Part shown: one piece after another, positions 32,612 to 42,341 of the stretch
How the letters are laid out: the number at the start of each line of letters is the position of its first letter
Position numbering within the stretch: position 1 is the first letter of the stretch
From: an uncultured Actinomycetota bacterium
GTDB taxonomy: Bacteria; Actinomycetota; Actinomycetes; Propionibacteriales; Nocardioidaceae
NCBI GenBank assembly: GCA_963808855.1
Contig: CAWEHA010000003.1
Location: forward strand, 55,315 to 119,314
Reading direction: 5' to 3'
Length of the DNA: 64,000 bases
The notes under the pieces: generated by a model
What the model saw: the letters and a program-made list of their open reading frames with translations, nothing else
Database searches by the model: none
What the model was told of the DNA's origin: nothing
Translations under genes and position numbers: made by a program

Positions 32612-32878
32612 CTACTCCGGGTCGCGCCCCAGCAGCGCCTGCACCGGCGTGGTGGGCGAGAGCATCTCGTCGGGGAAGACGATCTTGATGGCGTCGGCCG
32701 GGCAGGCCTGCTCGCACAGCCCGCAGTACCAGCACTCGTCGGGGTGCGCGATGACCGGCAGCTGCCGGGTGCGCGGCTGCTGCAGGATCACGTCGCCGGG
32801 GCAGACGAAGTCGCAGATCATGCAGCCGATGCAGGTCTCCGGGTCGATCTTGATCGGGTTGTGGACCGGTTCGGTCAT
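32612..32878 (-). CDS. 2x[4Fe-4S] ferredoxin (AprB-like)
   Basis: CIGCMICDFVCP and CWYCGLCEQACP; ATGA-coupled to upstream flavoprotein. Confidence 0.9.
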   Translation of the reverse strand: MTEPVHNPIKIDPETCIGCMICDFVCPGDVILQQPRTRQLPVIAHPDECWYCGLCEQACPADAIKIVFPDEMLSPTTPVQALLGRDPE

Positions 32879-34614
32879 GGGGTGGCTCCCGTCGGGGCGG
32901 CGTCGCGGACCTGCTCGACCAGGTAGTCGAATCCGACGGCACCATCGGGCCCGCGGCGCAGCACGATGGCCTTGCGCCAGTCGTCGGTGGTGTCGGGGTG
33001 GTCGAGCCGCCGGTGGGCGGCGCCCGACCGGCTCTCCGTGCGGTGCAGCGCCGCCTCGGTCATCAGCTCGGCGGCCAGCCGGATGCTGGTGCTCTCCAGC
33101 GTGCGCATCAGGTGGTGGAAGCTCGACGCGGACAGCCGCCGCTCGTCGTCGGCGAGCCGCGCCAGCACGCCGCGGGCGCGCTGCATCCCGGCGTCGGTGC
33201 GCCGCATGCCGACGTAGTCGGTGACGACGTCGCGCACCTGCTCCTCGAGGTCCTGCCACGCGAGGCCGGCGTCCTGCAGCGGCTCCGCCATCCGGGCCAG
33301 CGCCCGGGACAGCGAGGCGTGGTCGAGGCCCGGGTCGCCGTCGGTGGCCCGCACCCGGACGACGGCACCGCGCCCGGCGACCGCACCCATCGCGGCGGCG
33401 GCGGAGATGCCGCCGCTCACCATCGAGCAGTCACCGGCCGCGAAGAGCCCGGTCACGCTCGACTCTCCGGAGGTGTCGACGACGAGCCCGGAGCCGCGGA
33501 AGTAGGAGCCACCGCGCCGGATCGACATCTCGGAGATGCCGATGGGCAGCAGCTCGGTGCGGATGTCGAGGCCGCGCTGCTCGAAGTAGGACGGCAGTGT
33601 GTAGCGGTCGATGCCGAGGCTCTGCACGAAGTCGTCGAGCCGCTCCTTCGGCAGGTGGCGGATGTCGATGTAGATCGGCTCGTTGCCGGCGAGCACCTCC
33701 TCGATCACGGCGTTCACGAGCACGGTGCGCCGCGCCTTCTCCCCGAGCGGGTCGTAGCGGAACATGAACCGCTCGCCGTGCCTGTTGAGGAAGTGCGCAC
33801 CCTGGCCGGCGTAGGAGTTGGTGCCCTGGGTGGAGAAGCCGAGCGGCGTCAGCGTGGCCTCGACGAGCTCCATGTTCACCAGCGACGCACCGCTGCGGTA
33901 GGCCATCGCGTGGCCGTCGCCGGTGTTGTAGGGGAAGTGCCAGCTGTCGAACGGGAGCCCGGAGATGTTGCGGGAGATCCGGTTGATGTCGCCGGTGGCC
34001 ACGACGACCGCGGCGGCGCGCACCAGGTAGCGCTCGCCGGTGCGGCAGTTGAAGCCGACCGCTCCCACCACCCGCTCCCCGGACGGGTCGGTGACGAGGT
34101 CGGTCATCATCGTGCGCGGCAGGAACCGCGCGCCGTGCCCGACGGTGTAGCGGCCGAGCTGGTGCTTGAAGCGGCTGCCGTCGAAGTTGAGGTGGTACTC
34201 CCCCGGCAGCCCGAACGCGCGGGTGCGGAAGTAGCCGCCGGTCGTGGCGTCCTTGAAGTCGATGCCGATGTCGACCAGTCGCTGGAAGACCCGCGGCAGC
34301 TCGTGCACGGCCCGCTCGGCGACGTCGAGGTCGGTGAGCCCGTCGGTCAGCTTCGGCACGAAGGTCATGAGGTGCTGGGGGGTGTCCCACTCCTCGGTGC
34401 CGTTGAGGGGCGTCATGAACTGGTCGACGCCGCCGGCCACGCTCCCGGCCCGCTCGAGCAGCTTGGCCTTGTCGGCCACGAGCACCGAGACGCCGGCGTC
34501 GCGTGCCTCGATGGCGGCCAGGCAGCCCGCCACGCCGCCGCCGATCACCAGCACGTCGGTCTCGAGCCGGGTCACCTCGTCCGAGGGCCAGGCCAGCGGC
34601 TCGTCCGGCACCAC
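32875..34614 (-). CDS. FAD-dependent oxidoreductase, AprA/SdhA/NadB superfamily (AprA-like)
   Basis: IGGGVAG, NTGDGHAMAYRSGA, GLFAAGD, RTESRSG; no covalent-FAD His motif. Confidence 0.85.
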   Translation of the reverse strand: MVPDEPLAWPSDEVTRLETDVLVIGGGVAGCLAAIEARDAGVSVLVADKAKLLERAGSVAGGVDQFMTPLNGTEEWDTPQHLMTFVPKLTDGLTDLDVAERAVHELPRVFQRLVDIGIDFKDATTGGYFRTRAFGLPGEYHLNFDGSRFKHQLGRYTVGHGARFLPRTMMTDLVTDPSGERVVGAVGFNCRTGERYLVRAAAVVVATGDINRISRNISGLPFDSWHFPYNTGDGHAMAYRSGASLVNMELVEATLTPLGFSTQGTNSYAGQGAHFLNRHGERFMFRYDPLGEKARRTVLVNAVIEEVLAGNEPIYIDIRHLPKERLDDFVQSLGIDRYTLPSYFEQRGLDIRTELLPIGISEMSIRRGGSYFRGSGLVVDTSGESSVTGLFAAGDCSMVSGGISAAAAMGAVAGRGAVVRVRATDGDPGLDHASLSRALARMAEPLQDAGLAWQDLEEQVRDVVTDYVGMRRTDAGMQRARGVLARLADDERRLSASSFHHLMRTLESTSIRLAAELMTEAALHRTESRSGAAHRRLDHPDTTDDWRKAIVLRRGPDGAVGFDYLVEQVRDAAPTGATP

Positions 34615-34626
34615 GGGTCCCCTCTC

Positions 34627-34674
34627 TGCCAAACGTTTGGCATGACTCTAGGGTCGTGACCCGGCCGCCGTCAA
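34627..34674 (-). promoter_or_regulatory. Promoter TTGACG-18-TAGAGT with perfect LacI operator TGCCAAACGTTTGGCA
   Basis: Read directly; operator 34627-42 lies just downstream of the -10. Confidence 0.8.
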
Positions 34675-34695
34675 CGGACCCTTCGCGCCGGCGGG

Positions 34696-35760
34696 TCAGC
34701 CGGCCGCGGCCGGCGGCGCGGTCGACTCGCGCACCTGCAGCGTGGTCGGCAGCAGCACGCTCGACGGCGTGCTGCCGGGCGCGTCGAGCAACGCCAGGAG
34801 CAGCCGCGCCGCGTGGCGGCCGATCTCGTACTTCGGCACGTGGATGCTGGTGAGCGGCGGGTTGAACTCGTCGCACCAGCGCGAGCCGTTGTAGCCCACC
34901 ACCGACACGTCGTCGGGCACCTCGCGCCCGTGCGCCCGCAACGCCCGGTAGCAGCCGAGGGCGATGAGGTCGTTGGCCGCCACGATGGCCGTGAAGTCCG
35001 CGTCGCGCGCGAGCAGCTCCTCGGTGGCCACCGCGCCGTCGTCCTTGGTGAACCACGGCGCGAACACGATGAGGTCGTGGTCGACCTCGAGGCCGAGCGA
35101 CTGCATCCAGGCGAGGAAGTACTGGTAGCGGTTGAAGCCGGTGGACGCCGACATGGCGGCGCCCACGAAGGCGATGCGCCGGTGGCCGAGCCCGACGAGG
35201 TGCTTGACCGAGAGCCCGATGCCCTGGTGGTCGTCGCCGGCCACCACCGAGAGCCGGCTGTCGTCGACGGTGCGGTTCACCAGCACCACCGGGATGTCGG
35301 AGTCGGTGAGCGACTCGACGGACGGCGAGGACCGCAGTGCCGTCGCGACGACCAGCCCGTCGACGCGGCGGTCACGGAACACCTCGAGCAGGTTCTCCTC
35401 GCGGCCGGCGTCCTGGTCGGTGCTGCCGAGGATGATCGCGTAGCCGCGCTCGCGCAGGCTGTCCTCGAGCCCCCGCGCGATCGGCGGGAACAGCGGGTTG
35501 CCCAGGTCGGGCACCAGCATCCCGATGGTCATCGAGCGCTGCACCTTGAGACCCCGCGCGAACGGGTTGGCCCGGTAGCCGAGCGCGTCCGCCGTGGCGA
35601 GCACCCGCTTGACCGTCTCGGGCCGCACCCGGTGCCGCGCCTCGGGCCGCAGTGCCCGCGACACGGTCGAGACGTCGAGCTGGGCCGCCTGCGCGACCTC
35701 GCGCAGGGTGGGAGCCCGGCGCCGGGCGACCGGCTCGGGCGCGCTGCCGGCGTCGGTCAA
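34696..35760 (-). CDS. LacI family regulator
   Basis: PTLREVAQAAQLDVSTVSRAL, LGYRANPFARGL, PPLTSI; TTG start 35760. Confidence 0.93.
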   Translation of the reverse strand: MTDAGSAPEPVARRRAPTLREVAQAAQLDVSTVSRALRPEARHRVRPETVKRVLATADALGYRANPFARGLKVQRSMTIGMLVPDLGNPLFPPIARGLEDSLRERGYAIILGSTDQDAGREENLLEVFRDRRVDGLVVATALRSSPSVESLTDSDIPVVLVNRTVDDSRLSVVAGDDHQGIGLSVKHLVGLGHRRIAFVGAAMSASTGFNRYQYFLAWMQSLGLEVDHDLIVFAPWFTKDDGAVATEELLARDADFTAIVAANDLIALGCYRALRAHGREVPDDVSVVGYNGSRWCDEFNPPLTSIHVPKYEIGRHAARLLLALLDAPGSTPSSVLLPTTLQVRESTAPPAAAG

Positions 35761-35794
35761 CGGGTCCTCCCGACGGCAGGCCAGTGCTGGAGCG

Positions 35795-35837
35795 TGGCAA
35801 TCGTGTGGATTCTGTGATCGTGCCCGATCACTGTCAA
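35795..35837 (-). promoter_or_regulatory. lacI promoter TTGACA-17-CAGAAT with operator-like TCCACACGATTGCCA
   Basis: Read directly (overlaps the end of the MFS region). Confidence 0.7.
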
Positions 35838-35845
35838 GCGGGGCC

Positions 35846-37021
35846 TCACGGCACGCCGTCCATCGGCACCGAGCGCGACGTGGCGGCCGCGCCGGCGAGC
35901 AGGACGGCGGTGAGCCACAGGACGCCGGCCGCACCGAGTCCGGCGGCCACCAGGCCGACGCTGCTGGGGATCACGACCTGGCCGAACCGGTTGCCCACCA
36001 GCCGCAGCGCCACGACGCGACCCTGCAGGCCGCGGGGCGCGATCTCGGCGAGCCAGGCCAGCGTCGCCGGCATGCACACCCCCAGCCCGAAGCCCATCAC
36101 CAGCACCGCGACGGCGACCAGCCAGAGCGGCACGGGCAGCGGCACGGTCGCCGTCGCCACCGCCGAGGCGCCGATGGTGACCGCGAGCAGCCGCCGGCGT
36201 CCGAGCCGCCGGGTGAGCGCACCGGTGGCCAGGCGCGACGCCATGGTGGCGACCGAGCGCGCCGCGAGCAGGGCGCCCACGGTGCCGACCGTCCACCCTT
36301 TCTCGGCGCCGAGCGCCGGCAGGTAGACCAGCGTGATGTCCATGGCCACGATCACGGCGCTGCTCACCACGAGCCCGCGGGCCATCCCAGGCGTGCGCAG
36401 CAGGCTGAGCACCCGCCGGTCGGGGGGATCGGCGACGGCGGCGCGGCGCGGCGTGCTGCGGCAGCACAACGCCAGCAGCAGCATCGCCACGGCTAGCAGC
36501 GCGGCAGCGCGGAACGCGTCCTCGGTGCGCGGCAGCGCCGCCCCGGCGCCGAAGAAGGCGAGGAGCCCCGGTCCCAGCGCCTGCCCGACGCTGCCCGCGA
36601 AGGTGTAGAAGCCGTAGGCGCTGTCGAGCTTCCCGGACGGCGCCAGCCCGGCCACCAGCGCCTGTTGCCCGACCATGCACAGCAGGTGGCCGGTGCCGAG
36701 CACCACCACAGCCAGCAGCAGCGTCGCGAACCGGTCGGCGGTGAACAGGAACAGCCCGATCGCCACAGCCACGAGCAGCGACCCCGCCACGACGAGCCGG
36801 GCCTGCCCGAACCGGTCGGCCAGGTCGCCGGCCGGGATGGCGACCAGCAGCGGCACCAGCGCGAAGCTCGCGCCGAGCACGCCGAACAGCGCCGTGGGCA
36901 CGTCGAGCTCGAGGGCGCGGTAGCTCGCCGTCGGGCGCAGCAGGAACGTGATCGTCTGGAACACCAGCGCGTGCCCGGCGACGACCACCAGGGCCCGGCG
37001 GGCGCGGGGCGGGGCCGTCAC
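35846..37021 (-). CDS. MFS transporter
   Basis: GDLADRFGQ and GALTRRLGRR motifs, about 12 TM segments; GTG overlaps upstream stop. Confidence 0.88.
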   Translation of the reverse strand: MTAPPRARRALVVVAGHALVFQTITFLLRPTASYRALELDVPTALFGVLGASFALVPLLVAIPAGDLADRFGQARLVVAGSLLVAVAIGLFLFTADRFATLLLAVVVLGTGHLLCMVGQQALVAGLAPSGKLDSAYGFYTFAGSVGQALGPGLLAFFGAGAALPRTEDAFRAAALLAVAMLLLALCCRSTPRRAAVADPPDRRVLSLLRTPGMARGLVVSSAVIVAMDITLVYLPALGAEKGWTVGTVGALLAARSVATMASRLATGALTRRLGRRRLLAVTIGASAVATATVPLPVPLWLVAVAVLVMGFGLGVCMPATLAWLAEIAPRGLQGRVVALRLVGNRFGQVVIPSSVGLVAAGLGAAGVLWLTAVLLAGAAATSRSVPMDGVP

Positions 37022-38031
37022 CGCTGGTGGCTCGGGAGCCGCGCCGCGTGCGTCCCGAGCAGCCGGCGCACGTTGTCGTCGGCCACGCGCTGCACCAGCG
37101 CGTCGTCGCCGGCCGCGCGCACCGTGCCGAGCGGGTCGGGGTCGCCCATCTCGAACGGGTGGTCGCTGCCCAGCACCACCTGGCCCGGCCCCACCACGCC
37201 GAGCAGGTGGCGCAGCGCGGCCGGGGAGTGCACCACGGTGTCGAACCAGAGCGAGCGCAGCAGCTCGCCGGGGGCGGTGCGCACCAGCGCCGCGGCACCG
37301 CGGGCGTCGCGGTGGAAGGCGTGGTCCCAGCGGCCCACCTGGTAGGGGGCGAAGCCGCCACCGTGCACGAACACCCAGCGCACGTCGGGATGCCGGTCGA
37401 CGACGCCGCCGAACACGAGGTGGCCGATCGCGATGGTGGTCTCGGCCGGGTTGCCCACCAGGTTGCCGAGGAAGTGACGTCGCACCTCCCGCCCGCGCAG
37501 CGACTCGTAGGGGTGCACGAGCAGCAGGCAGTCGAGCTCGCGTGCGGTCTGCCAGACCACCTCGTAGCCGTCGTCGTCGAGCTCGCGACCGGCCGGGCGG
37601 GTGGCGATCTCGGCGCCCACCATGCCGAGCTCGGTCACCGCGCGGCGCAGCTCGGCGGCGGCGGCCGCCGGGTCGCCGAGCGGCAGGTTGGCGAGGCCGA
37701 GCAGCCGCTCCGGCTCGGCGCGCACGACGTCGGCCAGCGCGTCGTTGTGCACCCGCGCGAAGTCGACGGCGGCCCCCGGCGCCACCGCGCTGGCGGCCAG
37801 GTTCATCCACGGTGAGAGGAGCTGCACGTCCACCCCGCTCGCGTCCATCGCGGCGATCCGGCCGGGCAGGTCGATCAGCCCCGGCGGCACCCGCATCGGC
37901 TCGCGGCCCTCGATCGTCACCTCCACCCGGTCAGCTCCGGGCCGCGCCGTGGCGCCGAGAGCGCCGGAGCCGGCCAGGGCGTCGAGGAAGGCGGCGGGGA
38001 CGCCATGGGCGTGGACGTCGACGGTGAGCAT
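37018..38031 (-). CDS. Amidohydrolase_2 family (ACMSD-like decarboxylase/hydrolase)
   Basis: DVHAH, MDASGVDVQLLS, LLVHP, HGGGF, GSDHPF. Confidence 0.88.
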   Translation of the reverse strand: MLTVDVHAHGVPAAFLDALAGSGALGATARPGADRVEVTIEGREPMRVPPGLIDLPGRIAAMDASGVDVQLLSPWMNLAASAVAPGAAVDFARVHNDALADVVRAEPERLLGLANLPLGDPAAAAAELRRAVTELGMVGAEIATRPAGRELDDDGYEVVWQTARELDCLLLVHPYESLRGREVRRHFLGNLVGNPAETTIAIGHLVFGGVVDRHPDVRWVFVHGGGFAPYQVGRWDHAFHRDARGAAALVRTAPGELLRSLWFDTVVHSPAALRHLLGVVGPGQVVLGSDHPFEMGDPDPLGTVRAAGDDALVQRVADDNVRRLLGTHAARLPSHQR

Positions 38032-38093
38032 CGGGGCTCTCCTGGACACGGTCGGGACGAGGTGCGGACGCCACGAAACTAGTGCAGGACGGC

Positions 38094-38123
38094 TTGACCA
38101 TACAAACGATTGGCAGATACGTT
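38094..38123 (+). promoter_or_regulatory. Promoter TTGACC-18-TACGTT with operator TACAAACGATTGGCA in the spacer
   Basis: Read directly; divergent intergenic region. Confidence 0.75.
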
Positions 38124-38164
38124 CCAGCAGTCGGCCGAACCCCACCCACGTGCAGGAGGATGCG

Positions 38165-39154
38165 TTGAGCGCTCCGCTGGTCGCCGTCCTCGGCACCCGC
38201 TACCGCGACCTGGGGATCGAGGAGGAGGTGCTGGCCCGCTTCTCGCCGCGGATCGTCGCCGACCCCGCCGGGAGCGCCGAGGCGCTGCTGGCCGCGGCCG
38301 CCGAGGCCGACGTCGTGCTCGCGGGTTCGGCCCCGAAGTTCACCGCCGAGGTGCTCGAGGGCCTGCGCTGCCGCGGCGTCGTGCGCTACGGCGTCGGCAC
38401 CGACTCGGTCGACCTCGAGGCCGCCCGGCGGCTCGGCATCGGCGTGGCGCGGGTGTCCGACTACGGCACCGAGGCGGTCGCGTTCCACGCGGTGGCCACG
38501 GTGTGCGCGCTGCTGCGCCGCCTCACCGAGGCCGACCGGACGGTGCGCGAGGGGGGCTGGGGCTTCGCCGACCTCCGCCCGCTGCACCTGCCGAGCACAC
38601 TGACCGCCGGCGTCGTCGGCTTCGGCCGGATCGGCCGCCAGACCGCCACCTACCTCCAGGGCCTGGGCCTGTCGGTCTGCGCGTTCGACGAGTACGTCGA
38701 CGTGCCGGCCGACTCCGGCGTCCGCGCCGTCGACCTCGAGACTCTGCTGCGCACCAGCGACGTCGTCAGCCTCCACGCCCCCGGCAACGCCGACGGCTCC
38801 CCGCTGCTCGACGCCGCCGCGCTCGGCCTCATGAAGCCCGGCAGCCTGCTGGTCAACACCGCCCGCGGCTCACTCATCGACATGCCGGCGCTCGTCGAGG
38901 CGCTGCGCGCCGGAGCACCCGCCCGGGCCGCGCTCGACGTCTTCCCGCGCGAGCCCGTCGACGTCTCGGTGCTCGGCGACGTCGTCGACCGGGTGCTGCT
39001 CACGCCGCACATGTCCTGGTACACCGAGCAGTCCGAGGCGGACATGCGGCGCAAGGCCGCCGAGGAGGCAGCCCGGCTGCTGGCGGGCGAGCCGCTGCGC
39101 GACCCCGTCGTCGAGCCCGCCCGCCCCGCACCGACCGCCGAGGAGCCCGCATGA
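38165..39154 (+). CDS. D-isomer-specific 2-hydroxyacid dehydrogenase
   Basis: RYGVGTDSVD, GVVGFGRIG, SLHAP, LVNTARG, ALDVF..EP, TPHMSW; TTG after AGGAGG. Confidence 0.92.
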   Translation: MSAPLVAVLGTRYRDLGIEEEVLARFSPRIVADPAGSAEALLAAAAEADVVLAGSAPKFTAEVLEGLRCRGVVRYGVGTDSVDLEAARRLGIGVARVSDYGTEAVAFHAVATVCALLRRLTEADRTVREGGWGFADLRPLHLPSTLTAGVVGFGRIGRQTATYLQGLGLSVCAFDEYVDVPADSGVRAVDLETLLRTSDVVSLHAPGNADGSPLLDAAALGLMKPGSLLVNTARGSLIDMPALVEALRAGAPARAALDVFPREPVDVSVLGDVVDRVLLTPHMSWYTEQSEADMRRKAAEEAARLLAGEPLRDPVVEPARPAPTAEEPA

Positions 39155-39948
39155 CCCGCGACCTGGCCCGCATGACCAGCCCGGAGGCGCGGGAGGCGAT
39201 GGCCGCGTCCCGCACCGTCGTGCTGCCGATCGGCAGCATCGAGCAGCACGGCCCGCACCTGCCCAACGGCACCGACACGATGGCCGCCGAGCTCGTGGCC
39301 GCCGAGGTCGCCCGGCGCCTCGACGCCGTCTACGCGCCGTTCTGCCCCTACGGCGTCACGCCGATCCACGCCGGCCACCCCGGCACCGTGACGCTGCGCC
39401 GCTCCACGTTCGAGGCGCTGCTCGAGGACGTGCTCACCGAGCTGGTCGCCGCCGGCGCCGAGACCCTGATCCTGGTCAACTGGCACGAGGGCAACATCGC
39501 GTCGATGAACGCGGTGGCCACCGACATCCAGGAGCGGCACGACGTCACCCTGGTGGCGGCCCAGGCCTGCTACACCGCGCAGCGGCTCTACCGCGAGGAG
39601 GGCGGCGAGCTCACCCACGGCGGCGGCATCGAGACCCTCGCCGTGCTCGCGCTCGACCCGTCGCTGGTGAAGGCCGACCGCGCCGGCGAGCCGACCCGGC
39701 CGCCCGGGGCGCACGAGATGGACGCGATGCGCCGCTCGCCCGAGGTCTACGGCTTCATCACCGACGTCACCGAGCTCGCCGACGACGGCTGGTTCGGCAA
39801 CCCGCAGTGGGCCACCACCGACCGCGCCGGCAGCTTCACCGACGTCGTGGCCACCGGCGTGCTCGAAGGCATCGAGGTCGTCACGAACGCTCGCCGCATC
39901 CGCACCGAGAACCGGCTCAACCACCCCGAGAACGAGGAGAACGCATGA
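39151..39948 (+). CDS. Creatininase family amidohydrolase
   Basis: LPIGSIEQHGPHLPNGTD, VNWHEGN, THGGGIET. Confidence 0.92.
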   Translation: MTRDLARMTSPEAREAMAASRTVVLPIGSIEQHGPHLPNGTDTMAAELVAAEVARRLDAVYAPFCPYGVTPIHAGHPGTVTLRRSTFEALLEDVLTELVAAGAETLILVNWHEGNIASMNAVATDIQERHDVTLVAAQACYTAQRLYREEGGELTHGGGIETLAVLALDPSLVKADRAGEPTRPPGAHEMDAMRRSPEVYGFITDVTELADDGWFGNPQWATTDRAGSFTDVVATGVLEGIEVVTNARRIRTENRLNHPENEENA

Positions 39949-41012
39949 GTGACAAGGTCCGTCTGGCGTCGGTCGGTCTCGGCCGCTGGGCCCGGGTGCT
40001 CGGCCGGGGCGCCCAGCGCGGCGACCAGGTCGAGCTGTACAGCTGCTTCAGCCGCGACGCCGCCAAGCGCGAGGCCTTCCAGGAGGAGTTCGACGTGCCG
40101 AACGCCGCCTCCTCCTACGAGGAGCTGCTGGCCGACCCGGAGGTGGAGGGCGTCGTCATCACCACGCCCAACGACACCCACATGGACGTCGTCAGCCAGG
40201 CGCTGCGGGCCGGCAAGGCCGTCTACACCGACAAGCCGATCGCCCACACCCTCGAGGACGCCAACCAGATCGCCGCGGTGGTGGCCGAGACCGGCGGCGT
40301 GTTCGCCGTCGGGCACAGCTCGCGGCGGCTGTCGGGCCACCGCGAGATGAAGCGCTGGATCGACGACGGCCGGCTCGGCGAGGTGTCGCTGGCCGAGGCC
40401 AACTTCTCCAACGAGCGCGGCCTCGAGCTCACCCCGAACACCTGGCGCTGGTACGCCGACAAGAGCCCGGGCGGCGCGTTCATCCAGCTCGGCGTCCACC
40501 ACGCCGACACGCTCCAGTTCCTGCTCGGCCCGGTGAAGAGCGTGTCCGCGCACGCCCGCAAGCTCTACACCGAGGCCGAGGTGCCGGACGCGATCATGGC
40601 GGTGCTCGAGTTCGAGAGCGGCGCCCTCGGCTACATCGGCACCGGCTGGGCCTCCCCCGGCGTCTACACGATGAACCTGCTGGGCACGAAGGCCAACCTG
40701 ATGTACGACCTCGACTTCACGCACTGGGACGAGTCCCACCTCGCCGACGACTGGTCGACGCTCCGCTCGCAGTTCTACGGCGAGTCGGTGCGACAGAAGG
40801 TCGACCTCCCCCGCACCGACATGTTCCGCGAGCAGCTCGAGGAGTTCGGGCTCGCGGCCCGCGGCGAGGCGCAGGTGGAGGTCGGCGCCACCGAGGCGGT
40901 GCGCGCGCTGGCCGTCGTCCGCGCGGTGATCGAGTCGTCGGCACGCAACGGCGAGGCCGTCAGCCTCGACGAGGTCATCGACTCCGCGCAGGCCACCCCG
41001 GCCAACGCCTGA
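39945..41012 (+). CDS. Gfo/Idh/MocA oxidoreductase
   Basis: VGLGRWA, TTPNDTH, YTDKP, QLGVHHAD. Confidence 0.92.
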   Translation: MSDKVRLASVGLGRWARVLGRGAQRGDQVELYSCFSRDAAKREAFQEEFDVPNAASSYEELLADPEVEGVVITTPNDTHMDVVSQALRAGKAVYTDKPIAHTLEDANQIAAVVAETGGVFAVGHSSRRLSGHREMKRWIDDGRLGEVSLAEANFSNERGLELTPNTWRWYADKSPGGAFIQLGVHHADTLQFLLGPVKSVSAHARKLYTEAEVPDAIMAVLEFESGALGYIGTGWASPGVYTMNLLGTKANLMYDLDFTHWDESHLADDWSTLRSQFYGESVRQKVDLPRTDMFREQLEEFGLAARGEAQVEVGATEAVRALAVVRAVIESSARNGEAVSLDEVIDSAQATPANA

Positions 41013-41014
41013 CC

Positions 41015-41383
41015 GTGCCCGTCGTCCACGCCGCCGGCCTCGACTTCGCCCACCTGCCCGGGCGACGGTCGGCCGATCCGCTGACGGGCTCGTCGGCGGC
41101 CGAGAGCTACGCGGTCCGGGTGGTCCAGGTACCGCCCGGGCCGCGTACACCACATCGCCACCCCCACAGCGACGAGATCACCTACGTCGTCTCGGGACAC
41201 GGCAACGCGTGGGAGGACGACGTCCGCACCCCGGTGGGGCCGGGCGACGTCGTGATCGTGCCGCGCGACGTCCCGCACGCCACCGTCGCCCACGGCGACG
41301 ACGACCTCGTGCTCGTCTGCTTCTTCCCGGAGCCCGACCTGGCGAACAACCTGGTGGAGCTGGACGGCCCGCTCCGCGACTGA
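41015..41383 (+). CDS. Cupin domain protein
   Basis: PHRHPHSDEITYVVSG, GDVVIVPRDVPH. Confidence 0.88.
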   Translation: MPVVHAAGLDFAHLPGRRSADPLTGSSAAESYAVRVVQVPPGPRTPHRHPHSDEITYVVSGHGNAWEDDVRTPVGPGDVVIVPRDVPHATVAHGDDDLVLVCFFPEPDLANNLVELDGPLRD

Positions 41384-41397
41384 ACGAGCACCAATAC

Positions 41398-41461
41398 CGA
41401 GTCGGCGCGTCATTTCACGCCGACTCGAGCCACCTCACCTGACATCTAGCGCCGACTCGAC
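41398..41461. repeat. Three CGCCGACTCG units forming a hairpin (possible bidirectional terminator or REP remnant)
   Basis: 41398-407 (reverse), 41418-27, 41450-59, between convergent genes. Confidence 0.6.
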
Positions 41462-41473
41462 GTTCGATGCCGG

Positions 41474-42259
41474 TCAGGTCATGGTGGTGGTGAGGGCGCC
41501 GAGGCCGTCGATCTCGACGGTGAGCACGTCGCCGGGCACGAGGAAGCGCGGGGGCGTCCGCGCCATGCCGACGCCGGGCGGGGTGCCGGTGACGAGCAGG
41601 TCGCCGGGCTCGAGCGTCATGGTCTCGGTGATGGTGGAGATGAGCTCGGCGACGCCGAACACCATCTGCGAGGTCGAGGAGTCCTGCACCACCTCGTCGT
41701 TGAGGGTGCACCGGATGCCGAGCGCCTGCGGGTCGGGCACCTCGTCGGCGGTGACGAGCCAGGGGCCGAGCGGCAGGAAGCCGTCGATCGCCTTGCCGCG
41801 GGTCCACTGCCCACCGCTGCGCTGGAGGTCGCGCGCGGACAGGTCGTTGGCGCAGGCGTAGCCGGCCACGTGGTCGAGCGCGTCGTCGGCCCGCACCCGG
41901 GTGGCGGTGCGCCCGATCACGACGGCGAGCTCGGCCTCCCAGTCCGCCTCGGCCGTGGCGGCCGGGATCGGCACGGTGGCGGCGTCGCCCACCACCGAGT
42001 TGGCGAACTTGCAGAAGAGCACCGGCTCGGTGGGCACCGGCTTGCCGGTCTCGGCCGCGTGGTCGCGGTAGTTGAGCCCGACGCACACGATCTTGCCCGG
42101 TCGCGGCACGGGCGCGGCCAGCGTGAGACCCGCAAGTGGCACCGGCTCGCCCTCCGCGACCGGCGCTCCCGCCAGGTACCCGACCAGGTCGTCCCCCATC
42201 GGGACGACGGCGTCACCCTCCAGCCGGCCGAAGCCGCCGGCGTACGACACGAGCCTCAT
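41474..42259 (-). CDS. Fumarylacetoacetate hydrolase family protein
   Basis: KIVCVGLNYRDH, DWEAELAVVIG, ANDLSARDLQ, WTRGK, TGTPPGVG. Confidence 0.93.
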   Translation of the reverse strand: MRLVSYAGGFGRLEGDAVVPMGDDLVGYLAGAPVAEGEPVPLAGLTLAAPVPRPGKIVCVGLNYRDHAAETGKPVPTEPVLFCKFANSVVGDAATVPIPAATAEADWEAELAVVIGRTATRVRADDALDHVAGYACANDLSARDLQRSGGQWTRGKAIDGFLPLGPWLVTADEVPDPQALGIRCTLNDEVVQDSSTSQMVFGVAELISTITETMTLEPGDLLVTGTPPGVGMARTPPRFLVPGDVLTVEIDGLGALTTTMT

Positions 42260-42341
42260 CAGCACCTCATGGGTCGAAGAGAGACCGACGGCCGGCCGTG
42301 GCCCCCCAAGGGCACGACCGGCCGCCGGCAGGGAGGGTCTG

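Noticed and set aside
32612-34614. Dissimilatory sulfate reduction or succinate dehydrogenase
   Set aside because: No sat, qmo, dsr or sdhB/C/D nearby; FAD-His motif absent; called AprAB-like only.
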